Origin: Acidobacteriota bacterium
GTDB taxonomy: Bacteria > Acidobacteriota > Thermoanaerobaculia > Multivoradales > Multivoraceae
Assembly: GCA_026708285.1 (NCBI GenBank)
Contig: JAPOVF010000270.1
Coordinates: forward strand, 94-64,093
Length of the DNA stretch: 64,000 nt
Direction of reading: 5' to 3'
Part shown: in pieces, positions 25,719-35,235 of the stretch
Layout of the letters: each line of letters starts with the position of its first letter
Position numbering within the stretch: position 1 is the first letter of the stretch
The notes under the pieces: model-generated
What the model saw: only the letters and a program-made list of their open reading frames with translations
Database searches by the model: none
Told to the model about the DNA's origin: nothing
Made by a program: the position numbers and the translations under genes

Positions 25719-26438
25719 CTACTCGCCCGCGCTCAGGTCGTCTTCCTGAGGTGGGCTGACGGTGACCGCGACGACCAGTCCGCTGTCGGCCGAGTCGCGG
25801 GACGAAATCGCCAGAACGAGGGGCTTGCCGACCCAGACGTTCACGTGGCCGTTGAAGATCCGCTCGCCCAGGCTGTCTCCGCGGCTGCGGTCGACCTCCA
25901 CGCCGTAGAGCTTGAGCCGGCGGTCGAGCAGCACGGTGCCGACCCGGAAGCCGATCCGGAACTCGGTACCGATATCGAAACGCACGTCCTCGCCTTCCAT
26001 GGCCTCGAACCGCCCCTCGCCGAGCTGCCGGTAGCTCGTGAAGGCCAGCCAATCGCCCAGTTCGTCGATGAGTTGGGCCGGCAACTCGGAACGCGGGTCG
26101 CCCTGGCCGCGGCGCGACGCCTCGAGAATGAAGATGTGCAACTCGACCTGACGGCGCGGGTGGTCGAAGTCACGGAGCAAGGCGAGCAGGTGCTCCAGAA
26201 CGCTGCGCGCGTCCCGCAGCACCAGCGTGTTCGTCGCGCGTTGCAGTTCGATCGTGCCGTGCGGCGACATCTCGCCCTGCATCCACTCCAGGGCGTCGTC
26301 GGCGCGCTGATGCTGGAGCGTGAACGCGTGGCGGACCTGGGTCTCGGCCTCCTGCTGCGCGGCCCCCGCCGCCGAGAGCAGTAGCGGAAGGATGACGGCG
26401 AGGGCGACGCGCGTACTCGCGGAAGCAGCCGCCGTCAT
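25719..26438 (-). CDS. secreted protein with one secretin-N-like domain and a short beta-rich tail (mini-secretin-like)
   Basis: Signal peptide VALAVILPLLLSAAGAAQQ. Sequence HAFTLQHQRADDALEWMQGEMSPHGTIELQRATNTLVLRDARSVLEHLLALLRDFDHPRRQVELHIFILEAS looks like a Secretin_N/NolW module. About 120 aa follow. Confidence 0.6.
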   Translation of the reverse strand: MTAAASASTRVALAVILPLLLSAAGAAQQEAETQVRHAFTLQHQRADDALEWMQGEMSPHGTIELQRATNTLVLRDARSVLEHLLALLRDFDHPRRQVELHIFILEASRRGQGDPRSELPAQLIDELGDWLAFTSYRQLGEGRFEAMEGEDVRFDIGTEFRIGFRVGTVLLDRRLKLYGVEVDRSRGDSLGERIFNGHVNVWVGKPLVLAISSRDSADSGLVVAVTVSPPQEDDLSAGE

Positions 26439-27001
26439 GGTGCGATTTCCGTGACGACCAGGACCATGTCGAGCTTGGAGTCGATGCCGTTCCCCGGGAA
26501 CTGGAAGACGCCCATCGGCTCGTCGCCGAGCGGTTCGACGAGCGGGGCCATGGCGATATGGGGTGAGAGACTCAGTTCGGAGTCCACGACGTCGCCGGGC
26601 GACGGCGTGGTCTCCGGCCAGAGCAGGAAGCCCAGGCCGAACGCCGCCGCCGCGGCGCCTGCCGCAAGGACCGACGCGACGGGGACCCGTCGGCGAGCGG
26701 TGCGGGCCGCCCTGAGCCGCCGTTCGGTGGCGCGCCCGTCGAGTTCGAGCCGGACCCGCCTGCGGAGTTCATCGACCTCCCGTGCCGTGTCGGCGCGGTC
26801 ATGAACGCCGGCGAAAGCACCGCTCATGAGGAGCAGCGGATCGACCTGGAGCGAAACCGCGCGGCAATGCGCGCAGTCCTCCCGGTGCCGCAGGGCATCT
26901 GCCCAGGCCCGGTCGATGGCCGTGGCGCCGATCTCAGGGCCCTGTTCGGCGTGCTCGCGCTCGCGCGCGAGAGCGGCCCAGTCCGGGCAGGCGGTCGTCA
27001 T
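26435..27001 (-). CDS. zinc-binding anti-sigma factor (ZAS, zf-HC2), single-pass membrane protein
   Basis: HREDCAHC matches HxxxCxxC. TM segment VASVLAAGAAAAAFGLGFLLW. ATGA overlaps with the sigma factor upstream and the next gene downstream. Confidence 0.78.
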   Translation of the reverse strand: MTTACPDWAALAREREHAEQGPEIGATAIDRAWADALRHREDCAHCRAVSLQVDPLLLMSGAFAGVHDRADTAREVDELRRRVRLELDGRATERRLRAARTARRRVPVASVLAAGAAAAAFGLGFLLWPETTPSPGDVVDSELSLSPHIAMAPLVEPLGDEPMGVFQFPGNGIDSKLDMVLVVTEIAP

Positions 27002-27708
27002 GAGCGATCCTCAATCCCGGTGTGCTTCACCCGGGCGTTTTGGGCGTATTCGGGATACCGCTTCCGCAACTCCTTGCGGAGTTGCCGGCGGCTGTTGAAC
27101 AGGTGGTTGCGGACGGTGGACGGGCGAATGCCGAGAATGCGGGCGATCTCCTTGCCCTTCAGCCCTTCCATTTCGCGCAGTACGAAGACCGCGCGCTGCT
27201 TCTCGCTCAGCGTCGACGCCAACTCGTGAAACACGGTCTGGATCTCCTGTTCGGACAGGTTCTCGAGTTGGCGCGCGAAGGCTTCGCCGCGCTGGTGCTC
27301 GTGCTGCAACTGGAAGCTCTGCAGCGAGCGGATGCGGGACGCCCGTGACCGCAGGTGGTCGATCGCGAGGTTGGAGACGATGCGGTAGATCCAGGTGTTC
27401 GGGCTGTAGCGCTGGTCGAAGCGGTGGCGCGAATCCCAGATGCGCAGGAAAGCGATCTGGACGATGTCGCGTGCGTCCTCCCGGTCGCCTACCATGCTGG
27501 TCGCCAGGTGCAGCAGATGTGATGCCTTGCGGCGCATCAACTCGTCGAGCGCGAGTTCGTCATCGCGGCGCATGCCCGCCAGGAGTTCGACGTCGGCCGC
27601 CTCGGACCACTCCACCCTGCGCTGACGTTGCGAGTAGGCAATCGTCAGACCGCTGCGTGGAGGATCTTCGCGTGGCGGTTCCATGCGGATGGCTTGCGCG
27701 GATCTCAT
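26998..27708 (-). CDS. ECF-type RNA polymerase sigma-70 family factor
   Basis: ORF 26998..28023 trimmed to ATG 27708 (27684 is an alternative). Region 2: DARDIVQIAFLRIWDSRHRFD...NTWIYRIVSNLAIDHLR. Region 4: QRAVFVLREMEGLKGKEIARILGIRPSTVRNHLFNSRRQLR. Confidence 0.88.
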   Translation of the reverse strand: MRSAQAIRMEPPREDPPRSGLTIAYSQRQRRVEWSEAADVELLAGMRRDDELALDELMRRKASHLLHLATSMVGDREDARDIVQIAFLRIWDSRHRFDQRYSPNTWIYRIVSNLAIDHLRSRASRIRSLQSFQLQHEHQRGEAFARQLENLSEQEIQTVFHELASTLSEKQRAVFVLREMEGLKGKEIARILGIRPSTVRNHLFNSRRQLRKELRKRYPEYAQNARVKHTGIEDRS

Positions 27709-27863
27709 GCCTCGCTGTTGATACGGAGGCCCGGGGCAAAGCGTCCAAAGACTGCGCTGCCAGGAACCTGGAACGCTCACCGCCCGGCGGCCACGACGGC
27801 TGGAGACGGCCGAATTATACTCCCCGACAGGTGCGGCCGCTGACCAGCCGGCTCGTCTGAAGC

Positions 27864-29147
27864 ATGTGGTTCCTGTACCAGCTCGCGATGGCGGCAGGGT
27901 TGGGCCTGGCGGCGCCGGTGCTGCTGGCCCGGCGCGGTCGCCACTATCTGGCGACCCTTCCGGCCCGGCTCGGCCACCTGCCGGCGGCTCGGGGACAGCG
28001 GCCGCTGTGGCTTCACGCCGCATCGGTCGGCGAGGCCGGTGTGGCGGCGACCTTCGCGCGGGCGCTGCCGGCGGGACTCGACCTGCTGGTGACCACGGTC
28101 ACGCCGACCGGCCAGGCGGCGGCGAAGAAACTGTTCGACCCTTTGGCCGAAGCCGGGCGCAGCGTCGTCGTCACCTATCTGCCATTCGACTTCGACCCAC
28201 TGGTTTCCCGGTTTCTGGAGCGCTACGGGCCACGGGCTCTGGTGCTGTTCGAGAGTGAGCTCTGGCCCTTCGTGCTGAGGAGTTGCCGCCGGCGCGGGAT
28301 TCCGGTGGCGGTGCTCAACGCGCGCGTCAGCGACCGTAGCTTCGCCCGCATGAGACGAGCCGGCGGCCTGGGCCGGCGGGCGCTGCTCGATCCGGTCCAG
28401 CGCTTCGGTGCCCAGAGCCCGCAGGACGAGGATCGACTGCGGAGTCTTGGCGCTTCGGACGGAGCCGTGTCCTTGACCGGCAACCTGAAGTTCGACACGC
28501 CGGAGCCGGCGCCGGTCGCCGGCCTGGAGCGGACGTTGCGGGAACTCGCGGGAGGGCGGCCCGTCCTGGTCGCCGGCTCGACGATGCCGGGCGAAGAGCC
28601 AATCGTCCTGGACGCCTTCGAACGGCTGGACCACGAGGCCCTGCTGGTTCTGGCGCCCCGGCATCCGGAGCGTTTCGACGAGGTGTGGCGAGAGATCGAG
28701 GGCAGGTCTCTGGGGGCGTTCCGGCGGAGCGCGTTCCCCCCGGAAGGGTCGGGCGCGCCGTGGCGGGAATCCACGTCTCGGGTCGTGCTGCTCGACTCCC
28801 TCGGCGAACTCGCCTCCATCTACCGGCTGGCGGCCGCCGCGTTCATCGGCGGCTCCCTGGTGCCCACCGGCGGCCACAATCCGATCGAGGCGGCGCGCTT
28901 CGGCGTGCCGGTCCTCGTCGGCCCGTCGATGGAGAACTTCCGGCGCATCGCGCGGGACTTCGAGGCCGAGGGCGGCCTGACCGTGACCGGCGACGGCGAG
29001 GCATTGAGCCGCGCCTGGAGGCGCTTCCTGGATCGACCGGACGAGGCAGCGGAACAGGGCCGGCTCGGCCGAGCGATCGTCAACCGCAACCGCGGCGCGG
29101 TCGAGCGGTCGGTCGAACTCCTGAGTGGACTGGTCGACCTGGCTTGA
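27864..29147 (+). CDS. waaA: 3-deoxy-D-manno-octulosonic acid (Kdo) transferase
   Basis: PLWLHAASVGEAGVA...TTVTPTG, C-terminal GGSLVPTGGHNPIEAARFGVPVLVGP. Confidence 0.9.
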   Translation: MWFLYQLAMAAGLGLAAPVLLARRGRHYLATLPARLGHLPAARGQRPLWLHAASVGEAGVAATFARALPAGLDLLVTTVTPTGQAAAKKLFDPLAEAGRSVVVTYLPFDFDPLVSRFLERYGPRALVLFESELWPFVLRSCRRRGIPVAVLNARVSDRSFARMRRAGGLGRRALLDPVQRFGAQSPQDEDRLRSLGASDGAVSLTGNLKFDTPEPAPVAGLERTLRELAGGRPVLVAGSTMPGEEPIVLDAFERLDHEALLVLAPRHPERFDEVWREIEGRSLGAFRRSAFPPEGSGAPWRESTSRVVLLDSLGELASIYRLAAAAFIGGSLVPTGGHNPIEAARFGVPVLVGPSMENFRRIARDFEAEGGLTVTGDGEALSRAWRRFLDRPDEAAEQGRLGRAIVNRNRGAVERSVELLSGLVDLA

Positions 29148-30133
29148 ACTCTGTGCGCAGTCCCTGGCAGCGGTTCTACGGTTGGGCGCACGCCCGGCGC
29201 CGGCGCTACTGGGCGACCCGTTCCGAGAGCCTGGCGCGGCCTGTGGTGAGCATCGGCAACCTGCACTGGGGCGGCAGCGGCAAGACGCCGACGGTGATCG
29301 CCGCGGCGCGGGGGCTCCAGGCCGGGGGACGGAGGGTGGCTGTCCTCTCGCGCGGCTACCGCCGGCGGGGCCGGACACCACTCCTGGTCAGCCTGGGTGA
29401 CGGTGTGTTGGCGACGGTGAAGGAAGCCGGCGACGAGCCGGTGATGATCGCCGAACAGGCGCCGGGCGTGGTCGTGACGGTCGGTGCAGACCGCCGGGCG
29501 GCTGCCGCCCTGACGCTCGACCGGGAGCCCGGAATCGACGTCTTCCTGCTCGACGACGGCTTCTCCCATCTACGGGTGCGCCGGGACGTCGAGGTCCTGA
29601 CCTTCCCGGCCGACGACCCCTTCGGCGGCGGTCTGCTGCTGCCCGGCGGTCGCTTGCGCGAACCTCTGGGCACGGCGCGCCTCGCCGACGCCGCGGTGAT
29701 CACCGGCCTCGAAGCCGGCGCCGAACCGCCGGCCGACTTCGAGCCGACCCTGCGCCGGCATGGTTTCGCCGGCCGTGTGTTCACGTCGACGCTTGAGGCC
29801 GAACTGGCGGGCGGTCCGCCACCGGACCGGCCCCTGCTCGTCACGGGCGTTGCCCGCCCCGAGCGCGTCGCCCGCACCGCGGCCGCGGCCGGCCTGGAAT
29901 GCGTGCACCACCTCCGTTTCCCCGATCACCACGGCTACCCGCCGCGTTCCCTCCGCGCCATCGAAGCCGCATGCGTTCGCCACCGCTGCAAAGCCGTCGT
30001 CACGACGTCCAAGGACGCGGTCAAGCTGCGCGAGCGGTTGCCCGGCGGTGCTCCGCCTATGCTCGTGTTGAGAGTCGAGGCGCGGATCGACGTCGGCTTC
30101 CGGTCCTGGCTAGCGGGCCGGCTGGACGGCTGA
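29144..30133 (+). CDS. lpxK: tetraacyldisaccharide 4'-kinase
   Basis: ORF 28685..30133 trimmed to TTG 29144 (TTGA overlap with the waaA stop). PVVSIGNLHWGGSGKTP P-loop, LSRGYRR, DEPVMIA, LLDDGFSH. Confidence 0.88.
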   Translation: MNSVRSPWQRFYGWAHARRRRYWATRSESLARPVVSIGNLHWGGSGKTPTVIAAARGLQAGGRRVAVLSRGYRRRGRTPLLVSLGDGVLATVKEAGDEPVMIAEQAPGVVVTVGADRRAAAALTLDREPGIDVFLLDDGFSHLRVRRDVEVLTFPADDPFGGGLLLPGGRLREPLGTARLADAAVITGLEAGAEPPADFEPTLRRHGFAGRVFTSTLEAELAGGPPPDRPLLVTGVARPERVARTAAAAGLECVHHLRFPDHHGYPPRSLRAIEAACVRHRCKAVVTTSKDAVKLRERLPGGAPPMLVLRVEARIDVGFRSWLAGRLDG

Positions 30134-30135
30134 GC

Positions 30136-31545
30136 TCAGGCGAACGACCGGCCGCCGATCACGGCCCAGATGATCCACAGGATCGCGACCGGGCAGACGA
30201 AGCGCAGCAGGACGTCGCGCCAGATGAAGTACCACCGGCTCACGTCGCCATGGCCATCGGCCAGCGCTTCGCGGGACTTGCGGCGGCTCAGGAACCAGCC
30301 GACGAAGATCGCCAGCGTCAAGCCGCCGAGGGGCAGGATCCAGTTCGAGACGGTGTAGTCCATCGTGTCGAAGAAACCGGCGGTGCGCTCGCCCAGGGGC
30401 GCCCAGGACGAGAAGCCGGTGACGGCGCCCAGGGAGAGGGCCGAAGGGATGCCGAAGAGGAAGACGGCGCCGCCGGAGAGCAGGCTGGCCTTTCGCCGGC
30501 TCAGGCCTCGCCGGTCGATCAGGTAGGCGGCGACGACCTCGAGCAGGGAGATGGTCGAGGTCAGCGCCGCGAAGCCGACCAGCAGGTAGAACAACGGCGC
30601 CAGGACGACGCCGAGCGGCATGTCGTAGAACATCTGCGGCAGGGTCGTGAACAGGATCGTCGCGCTCTTGCCGAACGTCCCGGCGCGTTCCGCGCCGTCA
30701 ACGCTGAAGATGATGGAGAACATGACGATGCACGCCATCAGGGCCACCAGGGTGTCGAGCAGGGTGATCGCGGCGGCGCTCCTCGGGATCGACTGTCTCG
30801 ACCTCATGTACGAGCCGTAGGTGATCATCGCTCCCATGCCCACGGAGAGGGTGAAGAAGGCATGGCCGACCGCCTCCAGCAGGCCGTCGGCGGTGACCGG
30901 GCCGACATGGAACAGGAAGCGGATCGCCTCGCCGAAGCCCGGGCTCCAGAACGAGTTGACGACCAGCAGGATGAGGATGCCACCGAGCACCGGCATCAGC
31001 GTCTTGGCCACCCGTTCGATTCCGCCCTGCACGCCCAGGGCGACGACGCCGACCGTCACGGCCATGAACAGGGCGTGGAAGCCGACTTGGAGCGGCCCGT
31101 TGCCGAGGAAGGCGCCGAACGAGTCGCCGAGCGTCTGTCCGCCGGTGTCGAAGCCGCGAAACGACCAACTCAGACACTGGCCGAAGTAGTACACGGTCCA
31201 GCCGGCGATCAGCGCGTAGTACGACAGGAGGACGAAGCTGCCGAGCGTTCCCAGGGCGCCAACCGCGCCCCAGGCCCGGCCTCCGACCGCGCCCTTCGCT
31301 GCCTCCACGAACGCGCCGACCGGGCTTTGACGGGTGCTCCGTCCGATGACCAGCTCCGCCATCATGATCGGCAGGCCGATCAGCGCGATCGCGACCAGGT
31401 AGACGAGAACGAAGGAACCGCCGTCGTTGGCGTAGGTGATGTAGGGGAACTTCCAGATGTTGCCGAGGCCGATCGCGGAGCCGACGGCGGCGAAGATGAA
31501 CCCGAGTTGACCGAACCTGCCGCGTCCGCTGGAGCCGTTTGCCAC
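30136..31545 (-). CDS. sodium-dependent transporter, neurotransmitter:sodium symporter (SNF/NSS) family
   Basis: GTG 31545 preceded by GGGAGG. GFIFAAVGSAIGLGNIWKFPYITYANDGGSFVLVYL, multi-TM throughout. Confidence 0.9.
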   Translation of the reverse strand: MANGSSGRGRFGQLGFIFAAVGSAIGLGNIWKFPYITYANDGGSFVLVYLVAIALIGLPIMMAELVIGRSTRQSPVGAFVEAAKGAVGGRAWGAVGALGTLGSFVLLSYYALIAGWTVYYFGQCLSWSFRGFDTGGQTLGDSFGAFLGNGPLQVGFHALFMAVTVGVVALGVQGGIERVAKTLMPVLGGILILLVVNSFWSPGFGEAIRFLFHVGPVTADGLLEAVGHAFFTLSVGMGAMITYGSYMRSRQSIPRSAAAITLLDTLVALMACIVMFSIIFSVDGAERAGTFGKSATILFTTLPQMFYDMPLGVVLAPLFYLLVGFAALTSTISLLEVVAAYLIDRRGLSRRKASLLSGGAVFLFGIPSALSLGAVTGFSSWAPLGERTAGFFDTMDYTVSNWILPLGGLTLAIFVGWFLSRRKSREALADGHGDVSRWYFIWRDVLLRFVCPVAILWIIWAVIGGRSFA

Positions 31546-31626
31546 GCTAGTTCCCTCCCGGTAGGCGTCGTGCCGTCATGCCGGCACCGGCTAGCTAGCG
31601 TAGCGGAGTGGAGACGGCGACTTGTC

Positions 31627-34600
31627 TCAGTGGCCTGAGGCGGGCGCCGCAACCGGGCTGAACGGCGTCTCCGGGCCGACGACCCGGGTCAGCCACTCGG
31701 TACGGTAGGCGTCGAGTTCCGGTGTTCGAGGATAGGCCTCGCCCGGCGCGAACGGGTAGCCGGACATCGCTCGGAACGGCAGAGGCAGGTTGCTGTCCGC
31801 CTTCCAGGTGTTGCGGTCGGCGTCCTTGTCCCAGCCGAAGCTCTCGAGAAACACGGTGCGGACATGGCCCGGCGCCGGCGGCGGCAGCTCGCGGGCGTCG
31901 AAGAGGATCCGGATCTCGTCGCCTGGGCCGATCACGACCTGGTGGTCGTCGACCTCGGCGAGTAGCTCCCGGACGTCGCCGAAGCGGGTGTACCGGCCCG
32001 GGAAGGGAAGCCACGGGGACTCGGTGCTCGTGCGCTGGTAGTCGAACAGGTGCGGGCCGTTGGGTGCGGGCCTTGTCGGGGCGGAAAACCCCCGGTAGGC
32101 GAGTTCCGCCGATGCGGCGTCGAGGCGGGCCTGCACGACGATGTCCACGCCGTCCGGTCCGCTCATGTCCGTGCTCCAGGCCACCCTGTCCCAGTGCAGC
32201 CAGCGGGTGGTGACGATGCGCAGCCTCGTGGCGTCCGCGGGCAGTGGCGGCGTGTCGACGACCATCGTCTTCGTCTTGCCGGGCGGGAAGCCCATCGGAT
32301 CGAGCAGCGTCTGCCAGCCGGCGCCCGTTTCGACTTCGAGCCGGGTCATGACCATTTCCAGGTCGCCGTGCTCCACCGCCTGGGCGATCGCGAGATTCAG
32401 GCTAGCGTCGGCAGGGAACACCCAGCCGTCCAGCCAGAGCCGCACCGGCTTCCCGGGCGCCTCGCCGAGGTCGAAGGTGAAGGTCCAGGGCCTGGCCGTG
32501 TGACCCTGGTAGCGCGAGCGCTCGTAACCGTCGGCGTAGACCTCATCGCGGGCCCGGACGCGCTCCGTCACGTCGCGGCCACGGCCGTCGGTGGCCTGGA
32601 CCACCGGGCGGACGCCGGCGCTAGCAACCACCTCGTCGGCGGGGCGGCCGACGTGTCCCCGGCCCGGAACGACACGGAGGTTGCTCGCGACTTCCACGCC
32701 TTCGCGGTAGTCGACCACCCACAGCCGCACGCGGTCGATGTAGGCGGCCTCCCACAGCTCCTCCGTGATCCGCAGGTCGTAGAACCCGTCCCGGGTCCGG
32801 GCGCCATCCACCCTCACCAGCTCGTCCGGGTCGTAGCCGTTCCAGACGCCGTCGGCGAGCGGCATGCCGAGCGGCGCGCCCCACAGCAGGTCGGTGACGA
32901 AGGTGATCTTCTCGCCGTCCCAGGTGTAGAGGAAGGGACAACTGCCCTTGAGCACCTGCTCCTCGACGATCGTCATGTTCTGGCCGGGCTCGAGGCGGTT
33001 CTGCGGCACGCCGTTGGCCCACACGACGCGGATCAGATCGGCCTTCCTGCGGTTGCCGAGGCCGATGTGGGTGACCGGCCGGTCGACCTCGATGTACTGG
33101 TAGGCGCGCTCCGACTTGACTTCGATCGTCGTACCGCGGCCGAAGACGTTGTTCTTCTGATTCCCGATGTCGAGGCCGACCAGACGAACCCGGAGCCAGT
33201 TGTTCCCGGAGCCGTTCAGGTTCTCGATCCGGTAGAGGCCGGAGGCACCGGCGGCGACCAGATCCTGGTCGCCGTCATCGTCCAGATCCTCGGCACGCAC
33301 CGCTGAGATCCCGGCGTCGCGGGGCAGTCCGAGGACCTGGGCGAGCTGGAACTCGAGCGCCTCCGGTCCCGACGCGGAGGTCTGGGTCAGCACCCGCAGC
33401 TCGCCATCGGCGACGAGGGCGAGATCGCGGCGGCCGTCGTTGTCGGCATCGAGCAGTGTAAGGTCGGTGGCGCCGGCAGGCAGGCCGATCGACTCCGGCG
33501 TCAGCGGGAAGGGGGCGAGCGCACCGTTCCCGGCGGCCCTCAGGATGATCGTGGAGGCGCCGGCCAGCACGAACTCCGGAATTCCGTCGCGGTCGAGGTC
33601 GGCGGTGCGGACGACGCGCACCGGGGTCCCGGTCGCGAGCGGGGATCCGGAGTCGTCTCCGAGCAGCCGTCCCACGAGCCTGCCCAGCAGGTTTCCCTCG
33701 GGTGCAGGAGGCGTCCGTTCGGCGAAACGGCCCTGGCGCAGGTTGTCCAGCCACAGCACGCCGGCGTCGTGGGCCAGCAGCAGATCCGTGTCGCCGTCCC
33801 GGTCGGCGTCGGTGGCCTGGAGGTGATGGAACCCTCGCGGCTCGACTTCGGGCAGCGCCCGCCGGCCCAGCGCCTCGAGCGGGCCCTCGAACACCCCCTC
33901 GCCGGACACGTTCCGCAGCAGATCGGGCCCGCGGCCGGTTCGCGCCACCGCGAGGTCGAGATCGCCGTCGCTGTCGAAGTCGATCAGGTCGGCTGCGTCC
34001 ACGCCGAACGGCTGCGCCAGGAAGCGGTCGCCGGCGTCGCCGAACCGGGGGGTGTCGGCGGAGGTATCGACCTGCCAGACGGCGAGAGGATCGCCCACCG
34101 CGACCAGGTCGAGGTGCCGGTCGTTGTCGGCGTCGCCGGCGACCAGCAGTCGGGCGTTCGTTTCCGGAGCCGTGCCGGACGCCGCGAGGCCGGCAGAGGC
34201 GCGCCGCAACTGAAGCCGCGAGAGTGAAGTCTCCGAGCCATCCTCTGTGGCCGCCCACGCGATGTCGGGCCGGTCGTCGCCGTCGAAATCCGCGACTTCG
34301 AGCGCTCGCCCGCTAGCGGGTGCGTTGTCAATCCGGCTGGCTTGGAAACGGACCGGCAGCGCTGGCCCGAAGTCCTCGATCGGCGACTCGTCCACGAAAC
34401 GCTCCACGGGAATGCCCTGGATGTTCGTGAAGATCTCGGCCTGGCTGCTTGTCCAGGCGGCGGTCCCCTTCATGACGTTCGTGACTCGCCGGGCAGGACT
34501 CCGGGCGCTGTCGAGGTTGTCCGCTTCCAGTGCGTCAAGGACCTCCTTGACCACCCGCTCCGCGATCGGCTGCGCCTGCCAGATCAGCTCCCGTACGCGG

Positions 34601-35169
34601 AGGTAGTCATCGCTCGCGCGGCCGCGGTCGCCGTCTCCGAGGGCGGCCTCTCCGCTCACCAGCAGAACGACGAGATTGTCTGGCCGCAGGCGCCTCAGCC
34701 GGTCGACCGCGATCCGCCGATCGGCTTCGGCCTCTGGTCCGCTCATGATGTCCGCGTGCCGGAACAGGGCGTACTGCGTCTCGGGGTCGTCGGGCGCGGC
34801 GCGGGCGGCCCGACGGTAGGCCACCAGCGCCTCTTCGTTGCGGCTTGTCCACTGCAGGATCTCGGCGCGGATCAGCAGCAGGTCGGCCCTGTTGCCGCCC
34901 AGTTCCAGGGCGCGGTCGATCGCGGCGAGCGCCGCGTCCTTCCGGTCCTGCCGCAGCAGCGCGACGGCCAGGTTGGCGTGACCGAGCGGCTCGTCGGGCA
35001 CAAGCTCGATGAGTTCCCGGTAGGTGCTCTCGGCTTCGGCCTCGCGCTCGTTCTCGAGTTGCGCGTAACCGATCCCGTGCAGCCGCACCTGTTCCCGGGC
35101 CGGTTGGGCGCACGCCGCGGCCGGAGTGAGGGCGGCGAGGAGGAGAAGGGCGGGGAGTATCCGGGTCAT
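31627..35169 (-). CDS. secreted TPR + FG-GAP/VCBS repeat + ASPIC/UnbV (CRTAC1-like) protein with long uncharacterised C-terminal region
   Basis: Signal peptide LLLLAALTPAAACAQ. TPR-like N-terminus. At least 7 DxDxDGxxD repeats (ADFDGDDRPDIAWA, IDFDSDGDLDLAVA, TDADRDGDTDLLLA, AEDLDDDGDQDLVAAG...). NNWLRVRLVG...GRGTTIEVKS...HIGLG...IRVVWANG is UnbV_ASPIC-like. Confidence 0.85.
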   Translation of the reverse strand: MTRILPALLLLAALTPAAACAQPAREQVRLHGIGYAQLENEREAEAESTYRELIELVPDEPLGHANLAVALLRQDRKDAALAAIDRALELGGNRADLLLIRAEILQWTSRNEEALVAYRRAARAAPDDPETQYALFRHADIMSGPEAEADRRIAVDRLRRLRPDNLVVLLVSGEAALGDGDRGRASDDYLRVRELIWQAQPIAERVVKEVLDALEADNLDSARSPARRVTNVMKGTAAWTSSQAEIFTNIQGIPVERFVDESPIEDFGPALPVRFQASRIDNAPASGRALEVADFDGDDRPDIAWAATEDGSETSLSRLQLRRASAGLAASGTAPETNARLLVAGDADNDRHLDLVAVGDPLAVWQVDTSADTPRFGDAGDRFLAQPFGVDAADLIDFDSDGDLDLAVARTGRGPDLLRNVSGEGVFEGPLEALGRRALPEVEPRGFHHLQATDADRDGDTDLLLAHDAGVLWLDNLRQGRFAERTPPAPEGNLLGRLVGRLLGDDSGSPLATGTPVRVVRTADLDRDGIPEFVLAGASTIILRAAGNGALAPFPLTPESIGLPAGATDLTLLDADNDGRRDLALVADGELRVLTQTSASGPEALEFQLAQVLGLPRDAGISAVRAEDLDDDGDQDLVAAGASGLYRIENLNGSGNNWLRVRLVGLDIGNQKNNVFGRGTTIEVKSERAYQYIEVDRPVTHIGLGNRRKADLIRVVWANGVPQNRLEPGQNMTIVEEQVLKGSCPFLYTWDGEKITFVTDLLWGAPLGMPLADGVWNGYDPDELVRVDGARTRDGFYDLRITEELWEAAYIDRVRLWVVDYREGVEVASNLRVVPGRGHVGRPADEVVASAGVRPVVQATDGRGRDVTERVRARDEVYADGYERSRYQGHTARPWTFTFDLGEAPGKPVRLWLDGWVFPADASLNLAIAQAVEHGDLEMVMTRLEVETGAGWQTLLDPMGFPPGKTKTMVVDTPPLPADATRLRIVTTRWLHWDRVAWSTDMSGPDGVDIVVQARLDAASAELAYRGFSAPTRPAPNGPHLFDYQRTSTESPWLPFPGRYTRFGDVRELLAEVDDHQVVIGPGDEIRILFDARELPPPAPGHVRTVFLESFGWDKDADRNTWKADSNLPLPFRAMSGYPFAPGEAYPRTPELDAYRTEWLTRVVGPETPFSPVAAPASGH

Positions 35170-35235
35170 CGCTCGCGGCGACAGTTCGTGCGGGAAAACG
35201 ACATCCTACGACTCGACACTAGAGTAGTCGCCGCC

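Noticed and set aside
31627-35169. DxDxDG repeats as dockerin modules that might pair with the cohesin-like secretin tail.
   Set aside because: The repeats sit within the FG-GAP blade context (for example ADFDGDDRPDIAWA followed by beta strands). They are not paired 22-residue EF-hand dockerin repeats.
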